IMG/VR virus record: IMGVR_UViG_3300020166_000747
Length of the DNA stretch: 64,000 bases
Reading direction: 5' to 3' (one strand)
Source: a virus
In this document: positions 52,401 to 60,500 of the stretch, piece after piece
Numbering within the stretch: the first letter of the stretch is position 1
Layout of the letters: every line of letters begins with the position of its first letter
The notes under the pieces: model-generated
The model's database searches: none
Told to the model about the DNA's origin: nothing
What the model saw: only the letters and a program-made list of their open reading frames with translations
Translations under genes and position numbers: made by a program

Positions 52401-53588
52401 TTCTTTAATATCAAACTCAAAATTATGTTGAATAAGGTTAACACTACGACTAACTGCATAGTCTGGCGTAATAGTACCGTCGATTGTAGTAATAGTTCCT
52501 CTAGCATCTGTACTAGATGGAACATCGCCTACATTTGAAATAACGAATGGGAAAACTTTAGTTAGATTTTGATTTTCACTTCTGATAGTGACACCATCAT
52601 CACTGTAACCTTTAAAGTTTACCTTTAAGAAATACTTTGCCTCTGCGATACTTGCGTAACCTGAAAGTAGTGCGGCATTCATAAGATTATCATTTAAACT
52701 TGTGTTACCAACTTGAACAATAGAGAATGATAATTTTGTTGCAGTACCAGCTAGTCTAGACACACTACTCGAACCTGCACCCAAAGATTGTATTTCTAAA
52801 TCTTGAATATTAAATTCTGTTGTTACACCTGTTTCTGCAATAGTAATATACTGAATATCACTACCTGGCCAACTGTTTGAAATAATAGAATCCAAATCTT
52901 GCGCTTCATTCATTAAAAACTCAACTGCATCCTGTTGCTTAACAACAAACAATTCTAAGTGATAGGTATAGTTTTGATATTCATCAAGTGCGTTTTCCCA
53001 CCACTCTCCTGCATTTTCCATTTGAGTTACAATATCACTTAGACTTCCTGCTACGTTAAAATTTGTCCCTGGTTCTGCATTTGGCAAAGGAGCATCACTT
53101 CCACCAGTACCAGACGTTGATCCTGGGCCACTGTATTGTGGTGGGGGAGCAGTAGGGGTCGCTGGAGCTTCACCGCCAGTGAATATCGCATATTCTGCGT
53201 TTCGTCTGTCTACTAGACCTGGAACAGTCTGTCCACTAGCTTTGTTATATAATAACATAGCTTGAGCGACTTCTTCTTTTGATCTAGTGCCATTTGCTGT
53301 TACTTGGGCAAGACTACCGATGTTATATGCAAAACTAGTCATTGCTTGACGTTCAGCTGGTGTCCAATTATAAGTACTGTCGTACTTGTCAACACTCGCT
53401 TCATATTTACCAAGTTGTTGCTGTAACTTAGTTCTTGCTTCACTACGTGATACTGTGATATTAGGTGGGTTATTTCTATCTCTACTGCCAGCATATGACC
53501 CATAACCAATAGACCATTGTCCGTGGTCCCAGTATGGGGTAGCACTGTATCCTTCATATTGTGCAATTAAATCAACAGTGTTTGTCAT
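49467..53588 (-). CDS. Baseplate hub (gp27-like) protein with N-terminal GH24 lysozyme
   Basis: YEGYSATPYWDHGQWSIGYG..SFAYNIG..GLVDRRNAE, plus hub motifs YQYTGLN and LTIKGDPYW. Confidence 0.75.
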   Translation of the reverse strand: MTNTVDLIAQYEGYSATPYWDHGQWSIGYGSYAGSRDRNNPPNITVSRSEARTKLQQQLGKYEASVDKYDSTYNWTPAERQAMTSFAYNIGSLAQVTANGTRSKEEVAQAMLLYNKASGQTVPGLVDRRNAEYAIFTGGEAPATPTAPPPQYSGPGSTSGTGGSDAPLPNAEPGTNFNVAGSLSDIVTQMENAGEWWENALDEYQNYTYHLELFVVKQQDAVEFLMNEAQDLDSIISNSWPGSDIQYITIAETGVTTEFNIQDLEIQSLGAGSSSVSRLAGTATKLSFSIVQVGNTSLNDNLMNAALLSGYASIAEAKYFLKVNFKGYSDDGVTIRSENQNLTKVFPFVISNVGDVPSSTDARGTITTIDGTITPDYAVSRSVNLIQHNFEFDIKETLKETIEEFFSKLNENIQKNDFSTDNAAENQYIHTYEFEFDNDFMTEFGESKMNGDDPNVGGAARNQVATRTGSVNISQQTGVITPGLSVIDVLYDICIQSIDIRTELTTEKDTFTKTVSILPDASPKPNGLNPLSGEAGHNVKYFITTKNQIVVQNNYDNANKITNAAKMVKEIFDRQQCKKIYYYQYTGLNDQILDLNISLNRQLIKAYNLPKDDAFAQRFIEGNEQIIQDLNPRARAKLEELQSQLSVLEGDRTSANENLDSIRSQVENSSEELTNAIVIGQRDALLAQGVPPEIARQTAAALRDKPLQAQLQAAQQYDPDVLNTTSEEREKYNKLLERYNSAETGVNRVDTSLRNIERQVDEVTMQALGANFSAYTNSQVSDISENFSGIAGQLSNSNQIIMEELDDDLISTLTTQQLEDIVEALLVNPVIFKRGVLPYLTEKNNIRIYTSSNEKEVDLAKEKFYEAVNMDISMEQLKLTIKGDPYWIDTYLTPKTAKELFGNSNAIDTYRSHPTSINGANYVTIVSNKAAGVDENDNTKIANLVTMLYAVRNVTSSFSNGQFVQQLDMIRIPVPDSFLPVNPFFSTSSVDLDEETVMGQIVYDPDAADPRGREQTPSPVTAPVVVPRAELPNPNELPIGAGSTAVIDPDGNVGLLLDPDGAPNANSSLRSLTNNLLENDGIPTAEQAEQFNKTKSQVEYYCAQGNESSCIELQSVNNTIDKMIVQNIAGEPPYDNAQIVNDINESGIEVTPEGISIIQESMKANGHETFNADDIDGITQAEVDAYTQKVDDDAASFYVGTNGIVENPSDGTVSADMIDISGDNNPYTSRGSRLRVTSDSTSTGFRSVNSEIPKDTLTPIEYEKAQRIQSELKQKLQATPLSKMTEQEYREVKELERGVNGMVEAATTGERGEQNVQFKEQRRDRQIVELEEQEAEIQGDLDSWYWTSAARKEDEEKLAEVQKQLEEKRNEEY

Positions 53589-53589
53589 T

Positions 53590-53880
53590 TTATCTCATCT
53601 TATCTATGTTTGTTCTACTTGGAACATATATCTTTTTTCCAGCAGTAAAGTCATCAATAGGATCAATGATATCATCTGGGTTACGTTGTGCAAATATCCA
53701 CCAATACTTAGCAGTGCCATACTTTTCAAAACTGAATAAGTCAGGACGTTTATCAAACTGTTGTGGAATAGAAACGTATTCGTCAAGAGGATCTCTAAAC
53801 AAGTTACGCTTTGTCTGAATATCAAGTACTTTACCATATAGTATACTTGTCTTGCTCCAAGGCGAATGTGACTTATACAT
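53590..53880 (-). CDS. gp53: Baseplate wedge gp53-like (LysM-like) protein
   Basis: RPDLFS..YGTAKYWWIF..N..DP..F..G.KIYVP. Confidence 0.8.
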   Translation of the reverse strand: MYKSHSPWSKTSILYGKVLDIQTKRNLFRDPLDEYVSIPQQFDKRPDLFSFEKYGTAKYWWIFAQRNPDDIIDPIDDFTAGKKIYVPSRTNIDKMR

Positions 53881-54442
53881 AACCGCTGCTCCTTAATCCA
53901 CCACTCAAATAACTTCCAATTGTAAAGTTTTCTCTTACGTTCTTCGGAGAGTATGTAGTTGTCATACTCAAAACAAAAGTACTTGTTACTGGTAGTCTAA
54001 AATCGTCTACTTCAATGTAATCAACATCTGCATCTAGGTTGTATGTAAAATCTCTGATAAGTACTGGTACATTCTTGTAAACACCGTGCGCTGTAAATCG
54101 CAGAACAGGCGGCGGGAGTCCTTTATCAGGATCGTTTTTACCAAAGTTCATTTTCATTGCACCACGAAAGTATTGCATCCCAGCTAGTATATGTCGTGCC
54201 TGTTCTTCATTCTCAATTACAATCGGTGCCGCAAGTGTAAGTTCTGTATTAGCAGACATTTCAAACGCACGTTGCTGAAAGTTCGAATGTGCAGGATCGT
54301 AAGAACTATAGTTAGCACTTGAAATACTTGTTACAGTCGGAGTGTATGGGAAGTTAAAGGTAGTCATACCTGAGCTACCAAGTCTCCCACTCGGATCTGT
54401 GATAAAAACATTCTGTGTAGATGCATATGGATTAGACATCAT
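53873..54442 (-). CDS. Tail-tube initiator/baseplate cap (gp48/gp54-like)
   Basis: FPYTP..YD..HSN..GLPPPVLRF..G..VPV; first gene of the hub operon. Confidence 0.65.
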   Translation of the reverse strand: MMSNPYASTQNVFITDPSGRLGSSGMTTFNFPYTPTVTSISSANYSSYDPAHSNFQQRAFEMSANTELTLAAPIVIENEEQARHILAGMQYFRGAMKMNFGKNDPDKGLPPPVLRFTAHGVYKNVPVLIRDFTYNLDADVDYIEVDDFRLPVTSTFVLSMTTTYSPKNVRENFTIGSYLSGGLRSSGYV

Positions 54443-54498
54443 AATCTCCTAGATATTGTTATCAGTATTTATCGTTGAATAATATACGCACTTAACAC

Positions 54499-54527
54499 TT
54501 GACAATGCATCACTTAGGATGTATAAT
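54499..54527 (+). promoter_or_regulatory. Consensus sigma70 promoter for gp55-gp47-gp46
   Basis: TTGACA-N17-TATAAT, with an AGGAG RBS downstream. Confidence 0.9.
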
Positions 54528-54554
54528 ATTAATAATATTTAGGAGAATACCATA

Positions 54555-55451
54555 ATGGCTCGTAGAGTACAAAAATATTTAAACAATAAAGATATGCTGA
54601 AACAGATACATATCTCTAAATCAAATTTCTCGTGGTTTGAAGACCGTGATAAACATCATCAGTTTGATGTTATCATTGATAACGTTGCAGGTGAATTGGA
54701 TGTTGCCGCTGAAATCCGTGAACTGGAAGCAGTAGCACGTGAAAATCGTGCAAATCGCATTCAAAAAGAAGCATGGGATTTAAATACAGACACGAAGATG
54801 AAGCAAGCTAACTTCGCTGTAGACCATGATTCATTTGCACAAGACGAACTTGTATTTCGTGTTATGACGTTTGAACATATTCCAGATGAACCTGGACGTA
54901 AAGCAAACCCAAAGACAGTAGCAGATCATAAAGTAAAACTTCCGTTCCCACCATTCAAACATTATGTAATTGATGGCAATGATATTCGTGAAGTTGGCAT
55001 CTCACACTTTAATAAAAAAACTAAAGAGTTTGATATCATTACTGGTCGTGTAACAGCAACACTTGCTAACATGTACATCAAACTAGTAGAACGTTATTCA
55101 CAACGTGCCAACTGGCGTGGTTACACATACATTGATGAAATGCGTGGACAAGCATTGCTACAGTTGACACAGATTGGTCTACAGTTTAATGAAGCTAAGT
55201 CAGATAATCCGTTTGCATATTATACTGCGGCAGTTAATAACTCATTTACTAGAGTACTAAACATTGAAAAGAAAAATCAAGGTATCCGTGATGACTTGTT
55301 AGAAAATAGCGGACAAGCTCCATCGTGGACACGTCAACTTGAACATGAAATGAAATCGAGTGAGCGTTGGCAGAGAGTCATTAAGACTAAAATTACAGAC
55401 GCTTCTATCCCAACTGAAACAATCAAAGAGATTTATGCAGACGATGACTAA
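54555..55451 (+). CDS. gp55: Late-transcription sigma factor
   Basis: YLNNKD..NWRGYTYIDEM..FN..KS.NPFAYYT; syntenic with gp47/gp46. Confidence 0.9.
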   Translation: MARRVQKYLNNKDMLKQIHISKSNFSWFEDRDKHHQFDVIIDNVAGELDVAAEIRELEAVARENRANRIQKEAWDLNTDTKMKQANFAVDHDSFAQDELVFRVMTFEHIPDEPGRKANPKTVADHKVKLPFPPFKHYVIDGNDIREVGISHFNKKTKEFDIITGRVTATLANMYIKLVERYSQRANWRGYTYIDEMRGQALLQLTQIGLQFNEAKSDNPFAYYTAAVNNSFTRVLNIEKKNQGIRDDLLENSGQAPSWTRQLEHEMKSSERWQRVIKTKITDASIPTETIKEIYADDD

Positions 55452-56454
55452 TCTATTCAACAAACTTGCGTTCTTTACAGACATACATTACGGTATGAGA
55501 AACAATGCACGACTTCACAATGAAGACTGTAGTGCATTTGTGGACTGGTTCATCGAACAAGCTAAAGCTAAAGGATGCGAAACATGTATCTTTGGCGGTG
55601 ATTGGCACCATAATCGTGCAAGTTTGAATATTTCTACTATGAAATATAGTCTTGAAGGTCTACGTAAACTAAGCAAAGCATTTGACAAAGTGTACATGAT
55701 TAAGGGAAATCACGATTTGTTTTATCGTGAAAGCCGAGAAATCAGTAGTATAGAATTTGCTAAAGAATTTGACAACATCATACTTGTAGAAGATACAATG
55801 ATTGAAGGTGATGTTGCACTTGTCAGTTGGCTAGTAGGCGATGAATGGAAGAAGGTTCCAAAGATTAAATCAAAATACATGTTTGGTCATTATGAACTTC
55901 CAACATTTAAGCTGAATGCTATGGTGGAAATGCCAGACCACGGTGGACTTAAAATGAATATGTTTAAGAACCAAGACTATGTGTTCACTGGACACTTTCA
56001 TACTAGACAAGTTAAAGGAAACGTTATCTACACAGGTAACGCATTCCCACACAACTTTTCAGATGCGTGGGACGATGAACGAGGCTGGATGTATCTAGAG
56101 TGGGACAAAGAACCTGAATTCTTTGCTTGGCCAGATGCTCCTAAATATAAAACTATCCGTCTATCTCAGTTGCTAGATGATCCAGCCAAGTTCTTACTTC
56201 CAAAAACAACAGCGAAGATTTCACTAGATATTGATATCTCATATGAAGAAGCAAACTTCATAAAAGATACATTCATTGAAACATATGATTTACGAGATTT
56301 AACTCTCGTTCCTGTTAAGAATGATGAACATACCGAAGACGTTGGTGCTGAAATTCACTTTGAAACAATAGATCAAATTGTTGTTGCACAGTTATCAGCA
56401 CTAGACGGAACGTATGATAGAAACGTATTGATTGAAATATACAACAACCTTTAA
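55444..56454 (+). CDS. gp47: Recombination endonuclease subunit (Mre11/SbcD-like)
   Basis: Metallophosphoesterase motifs TDIHYG, GD, GNHD, FGH and GHFH. Confidence 0.9.
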   Translation: MTNLFNKLAFFTDIHYGMRNNARLHNEDCSAFVDWFIEQAKAKGCETCIFGGDWHHNRASLNISTMKYSLEGLRKLSKAFDKVYMIKGNHDLFYRESREISSIEFAKEFDNIILVEDTMIEGDVALVSWLVGDEWKKVPKIKSKYMFGHYELPTFKLNAMVEMPDHGGLKMNMFKNQDYVFTGHFHTRQVKGNVIYTGNAFPHNFSDAWDDERGWMYLEWDKEPEFFAWPDAPKYKTIRLSQLLDDPAKFLLPKTTAKISLDIDISYEEANFIKDTFIETYDLRDLTLVPVKNDEHTEDVGAEIHFETIDQIVVAQLSALDGTYDRNVLIEIYNNL

Positions 56455-56465
56455 AAGAGATTATT

Positions 56466-57059
56466 ATGAAGAAAATTTTGATTACCGGTAACAGAGATTA
56501 CGGTCTTTGTCAAGCCATATGCAACATGTTTGATGACAATGGTTATGTGTACGAATGTGCAAGTCGCGCAACAGGGTGGAGTTTAGATAAGAATGAAGAT
56601 CAGGTACGACTTGCAAATCACTACGTAATGAATAATTTTAATGTATTCATTAATAACTCTGCTATGTGGAAATTTCACCAAATCATGATTGCTGAACAAA
56701 TGTACAATGCTGCAAATTTAGCACAAGTTAAATCACAGTTCATTCATATGGGATCAACTGCTGATACAGGTGTACGTGGTAGGACTTGGAGATACCCAAC
56801 CGAAAAGAAAGCGTTACGTGATTACAACCGCGATTTGACTTATATGACAATGGGCGGATCTAATATAAAAACTACACTGTTATCGCCGGGTAGTTTAACA
56901 ACGCCGAGTGTGATGAAAAAGCACCCGGACCGGGCTTTAATCGATGTTGAATACATCGCAGAGATAATTTTATGGTTGCTTAATCAACCAGAATATGTTA
57001 ATATTAATGAAATTAGTTTAGATCCAGTACAGTCTGGAGCTTATGCAAGAGAGAGGTAA
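56466..57059 (+). CDS. Short-chain dehydrogenase/reductase-like protein
   Basis: ILITGNRDYGL, FINNS, IHMGS, YPTEK (YxxxK) and LSPG. Confidence 0.8.
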   Translation: MKKILITGNRDYGLCQAICNMFDDNGYVYECASRATGWSLDKNEDQVRLANHYVMNNFNVFINNSAMWKFHQIMIAEQMYNAANLAQVKSQFIHMGSTADTGVRGRTWRYPTEKKALRDYNRDLTYMTMGGSNIKTTLLSPGSLTTPSVMKKHPDRALIDVEYIAEIILWLLNQPEYVNINEISLDPVQSGAYARER

Positions 57060-57064
57060 GTTGG

Positions 57065-58861
57065 TTGCTAAAACTAAAGAATATAACAATCCGAAACTTC
57101 ATGAGTGTCGGCAACGTCACTCAAGCCATCGATTTAGAAAGAGATTCACTATCACTAGTATTAGGTAATAACCTAGACTTGGGTGGTGATGGTTCCCGTA
57201 ATGGCACTGGTAAGACTACTCTTATCAATGCTCTATCGTATGCTCTATACGGTAATGCACTTACAAATATCAAAAAGAATAACCTAATCAATAAGACTAA
57301 CGGTAAAGGAATGTTAGTCACTTCTGATTTCGAATATAATGGTAATGAGTATCGCATTGAACGTGGTCGCTCTCCTAACGTTTTTAGATTGATGCGTGAT
57401 GGCATTGATATTAATGAAACACAAGATGAAGCGCAAGGTGAAATGCGACAAACGCAAATTGAAGTTGATTCAATTATTGGCATTTCACATAATATGTTTA
57501 AGCACATTGTTGCACTAAACACATATACTGACCCATTCTTGTCAATGAGGCCTAATGATCAACGTGAGATTATCGAAGAACTCCTTGGTATCACTGAACT
57601 TTCTAGAAAAGCAGATAACTTAAAAGATGAAGTTAAAGCTACTAAGGAACAAATCAAAGACGAAGAATATCGTTTGAAAGCTATCGAAGATGCTAACTCA
57701 CGTATTCTAAAATCTATCAAAGATATTGAACGTAGACAACGTATCTGGACTGAAAAGCATGATAGTGAGGTTAAAACCTTATCTTCTGCACTTGATTCGC
57801 TTTCTCATATAAATATTGATGAAGAGATTAAGAACCAAGCTCTACTATTAGAGTATAATGAAAAGAAAACTCGTTTAGATGAAGCGGTACGTTGGATTAA
57901 CAGTATTGAAGCAGACGATACAAAACAAGAAAAAGTTATCTCTAAACTTGAAAACGAAATCAAGTTACTAAAAGAACACACTTGCTATGCTTGCGGTCAA
58001 GAAATGCACGATGATAAACAAGAAAGTATCCTCTCTGCAAAAGAAGAACAAAAGCAAGAAGCATCAATGCAGATTACTGCTAATAGTACACAACTAGAAG
58101 AACACATGAAAATAGTTTCTTCTATTGGTGAACTTGGTGATAAGCCTGTAGTGTTCTACGATTCAGTTAACGATGCATATGAGCATCAAAACTCAGTTCG
58201 TCTATTAGAAGAACAAATTGAACAAAAGAAAAAAGCAGAAGACCCTTATGAGGATCAGATTAAAGAAATGCGTGAAAGTTCACTTGAAGAACTTGATTAC
58301 TCACACATGAATACCCTTATATCTTTCCGTGAACATCAGGACTTCTTAATGAAACTACTAACCAACAAAGATAGTTTCATTCGTAAAAAGATTATTGACC
58401 AGAACTTGTCATTCTTGAACAAGAGACTAGAGCGTTATCTAGATAAACTTGGTCTACCACATGAAGTCAAGTTCCAAAGTGACTTGACTGTAGAAATCAC
58501 AGAACTAGGCAGAGACCTAGACTTTGATAACTTATCACGAGGCGAACGTAACAGATTGATCTTAGGGCTGTCTTGGGCGTTCCGTGATATATTCGAATCA
58601 CTCTATTCAACAATCAACTGTATGTTTGTTGACGAATTGATTGATTCGGGTATGGACACTAATGGTGTCGAAGCATCACTTGCAATTCTAAAGAAAATGG
58701 TACGAGACAGTGGACGTTCAGTCTTCTTAGTTTCACACCGTGATGAACTTCAAGGACGTGTTAGTGATGTATTGAATGTAGTAAAAGAAAATGGGTTCAC
58801 TACATTCGCACAAGAAACAGAGACACTAGAACCCGGTGTTGAATTAGATTTAGTCATTTAG
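57065..58861 (+). CDS. gp46: Recombination ATPase (Rad50/SbcC-like)
   Basis: RNFMSVGN, Walker A NGTGKT, zinc hook CYAC, LSRGE and Walker B FVDE. Confidence 0.95.
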   Translation: MLKLKNITIRNFMSVGNVTQAIDLERDSLSLVLGNNLDLGGDGSRNGTGKTTLINALSYALYGNALTNIKKNNLINKTNGKGMLVTSDFEYNGNEYRIERGRSPNVFRLMRDGIDINETQDEAQGEMRQTQIEVDSIIGISHNMFKHIVALNTYTDPFLSMRPNDQREIIEELLGITELSRKADNLKDEVKATKEQIKDEEYRLKAIEDANSRILKSIKDIERRQRIWTEKHDSEVKTLSSALDSLSHINIDEEIKNQALLLEYNEKKTRLDEAVRWINSIEADDTKQEKVISKLENEIKLLKEHTCYACGQEMHDDKQESILSAKEEQKQEASMQITANSTQLEEHMKIVSSIGELGDKPVVFYDSVNDAYEHQNSVRLLEEQIEQKKKAEDPYEDQIKEMRESSLEELDYSHMNTLISFREHQDFLMKLLTNKDSFIRKKIIDQNLSFLNKRLERYLDKLGLPHEVKFQSDLTVEITELGRDLDFDNLSRGERNRLILGLSWAFRDIFESLYSTINCMFVDELIDSGMDTNGVEASLAILKKMVRDSGRSVFLVSHRDELQGRVSDVLNVVKENGFTTFAQETETLEPGVELDLVI

Positions 58862-58871
58862 GAGAAATAAT

Positions 58872-59048
58872 ATGACAGTAAGCGAACAAATTGAAGAACA
58901 AATGGCTGTATACTTGAAAGAGTCAGAAGCATTTGAAACTAAGGGCGTAAAGGCTGCCGCAGCCCGTGCTAGAAAAGCATTGGGTGAACTTGGTAAACTT
59001 ACAAAGGCGCGCCGAGCAGAAATTCAAGAAAAAAAGAACAATATGTAA
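58872..59048 (+). CDS. Small basic histone H1/Hc1-like DNA-binding protein (58 aa, absent from the ORF track)
   Basis: MTVSEQIEEQMAVYLKESEAFETKGVKAAAARARKALGELGKLTKARRAEIQEKKNNM, with an AGGAG RBS. Confidence 0.75.
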   Translation: MTVSEQIEEQMAVYLKESEAFETKGVKAAAARARKALGELGKLTKARRAEIQEKKNNM

Positions 59049-59056
59049 TTTAACAC

Positions 59057-59085
59057 TTGACATGTGGTGTTGAAACTGCTATATT
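59057..59085 (+). promoter_or_regulatory. Sigma70-type promoter
   Basis: TTGACA-N17-TATATT with TG extension. Confidence 0.85.
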
Positions 59086-59091
59086 AGTATT

Positions 59092-59203
59092 AATAAAGAA
59101 GTGAAGTGTCTCCTCTCAACCTCTCTCAACTATCGGATCTTCTTTATTGTTTCAACACAGAGCATGAAACAACCCGGTGCATCTCTGATGCATCGGGTTT
59201 TTT
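59092..59203 (+). ncRNA. Candidate ~112-nt small RNA or attenuator leader
   Basis: Begins at the predicted TSS. Stem 59092-59101/59139-59148, stem 59149-59154/59165-59170, then a terminator. Confidence 0.65.
59171..59203 (+). terminator. Intrinsic terminator
   Basis: AACCCGGTGCATC-TCT-GATGCATCGGGTT followed by a T run. Confidence 0.85.
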
Positions 59204-59222
59204 AATAGAAGGGATAAAGATT

Positions 59223-59411
59223 ATGAGTGTAACTGGAAATCTACCAAGAAAGACCGACGAAGAAACTGATGAAATGAAAAAAGAAATTGAAAAGTTTCTT
59301 AAAAAAGGCGGCAAGATTAAAAAGATCGAAGAAGGTGAATTCACCGAAGCAAAGGATATGAAATACAAATTTCGTAAGCCAGCTTTTCCGAAAAAGAAAA
59401 AAGAAGACTAG
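59223..59411 (+). CDS. Small protein with SutA-like RNA-polymerase-binding motif
   Basis: EIEKFLKKGGKIKKI resembles the SutA EEFL.RGGKV core. ATG at 59223 follows GAAGGG. Confidence 0.55.
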   Translation: MSVTGNLPRKTDEETDEMKKEIEKFLKKGGKIKKIEEGEFTEAKDMKYKFRKPAFPKKKKED

Positions 59412-59423
59412 CTAAATACTCGT

Positions 59424-59663
59424 ATGGTAAGTACGAGTAAATTTCTAGAATGGGCACAAATGGTTACCGGTTGTACGGCGGCTTTGATAGTGTCATTAAA
59501 CATTGGGGACACATGGGTCTTTTGGGCTATGTGTCTTTTTTTCGTTAAAGATAGTATGATGGGGATGTTTGCGTATATAAACAAATACCCAGGTATTATT
59601 ATGAGTAGCGTAATATACGTACCGATTGATGTTATTGGTATTTACAGATGGTGGTTATTTTGA
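59424..59663 (+). CDS. Small membrane protein (about 3 TM)
   Basis: Hydrophobic 79 aa ending IGIYRWWLF. Confidence 0.65.
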   Translation: MVSTSKFLEWAQMVTGCTAALIVSLNIGDTWVFWAMCLFFVKDSMMGMFAYINKYPGIIMSSVIYVPIDVIGIYRWWLF

Positions 59664-59923
59664 ACTGGATTCAAATAGATAAGCAGATTATAAGCATGAT
59701 GCGTGTAATCGATGACAAAGATAAACTTTATGAAGACGTAAAGCAAGTATTCAAGTGGAATGAATCACAAGTTGAAGCCGCTGTAGGTCCATTAATCAAA
59801 CGATGGAACTGGTATGATATGCACACAGATCAAAAGCCAGCGAAAAAGAAACGTGTTACCAAAGCTAAAACCACAAAAAAAGCCCCTGCTAAAAAAGCAA
59901 GAGCCACTAAGAAGAAATCATAA
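59648..59923 (+). CDS. Hypothetical protein with Lys/Ala-rich tail
   Basis: C-terminus KPAKKKRVTKAKTTKKAPAKKARATKKKS. Confidence 0.6.
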   Translation: MVVILNWIQIDKQIISMMRVIDDKDKLYEDVKQVFKWNESQVEAAVGPLIKRWNWYDMHTDQKPAKKKRVTKAKTTKKAPAKKARATKKKS

Positions 59924-60355
59924 CTTCTTTCTATAATTTTCCAAATATTCAGTAAGAACTTTCGAACTGCCTATTCGAACATTGATGATACCGTTATAGT
60001 ATTCATCAGTTTCTAATACACGGCGTTCAAATTGTTCCCGTGCCTCCATATAACTTAAAGCACCACGACTCGGACAATAGTGAAGTATCTCTCTGGAAAA
60101 CTTGTCTTCTCCTAGTTCTGCTACATCTGCATTAAGATGGTCAGAAGAACCCCAATATGTACGCCAATCGCTTTCTTTAAATCCACGCCGTTTGTTCTTA
60201 CGCCCCTTTAGAGGTGGCTTTGTGGTTTTAAACTTCGCTAATTTCTTACCTACATATTTCCTGTTATTTGTAAGATTTGTAATCAGATACACAAATCCCT
60301 CAACATCATCCGGTAATTCATTAACTATTTCGTTATTATATGTCCATTCACTCAT
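59918..60355 (-). CDS. GIY-YIG nuclease, T4 endonuclease II (DenA)-like
   Basis: GFVYLITN..KYVGKK..ESDWRTYWGSS..YYN. The start was moved to ATG 60355. Confidence 0.8.
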   Translation of the reverse strand: MSEWTYNNEIVNELPDDVEGFVYLITNLTNNRKYVGKKLAKFKTTKPPLKGRKNKRRGFKESDWRTYWGSSDHLNADVAELGEDKFSREILHYCPSRGALSYMEAREQFERRVLETDEYYNGIINVRIGSSKVLTEYLENYRKKL

Positions 60356-60500
60356 TATGTATTGTTTGTATCCTTTAAGGTCTAAAGACCTAATACTTTC
60401 ATAAATCTCATTTCGCTTTCGCTCAACCGATTTAATCAGTATTTCTATTAATAGATTATAATATAATATCATTATGGTTATATTATTAATCTTATTTATA

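Noticed and set aside
59106-59222. N-terminal extension of the 59106..59411 ORF
   Set aside because: It has a GTG start without an SD and crosses a strong terminator. ATG 59223 has an RBS.
59918-60355. Mobile homing endonuclease
   Set aside because: It is a short single-domain GIY-YIG without a DNA-binding extension or host intron, and fits the DenA-like family better.
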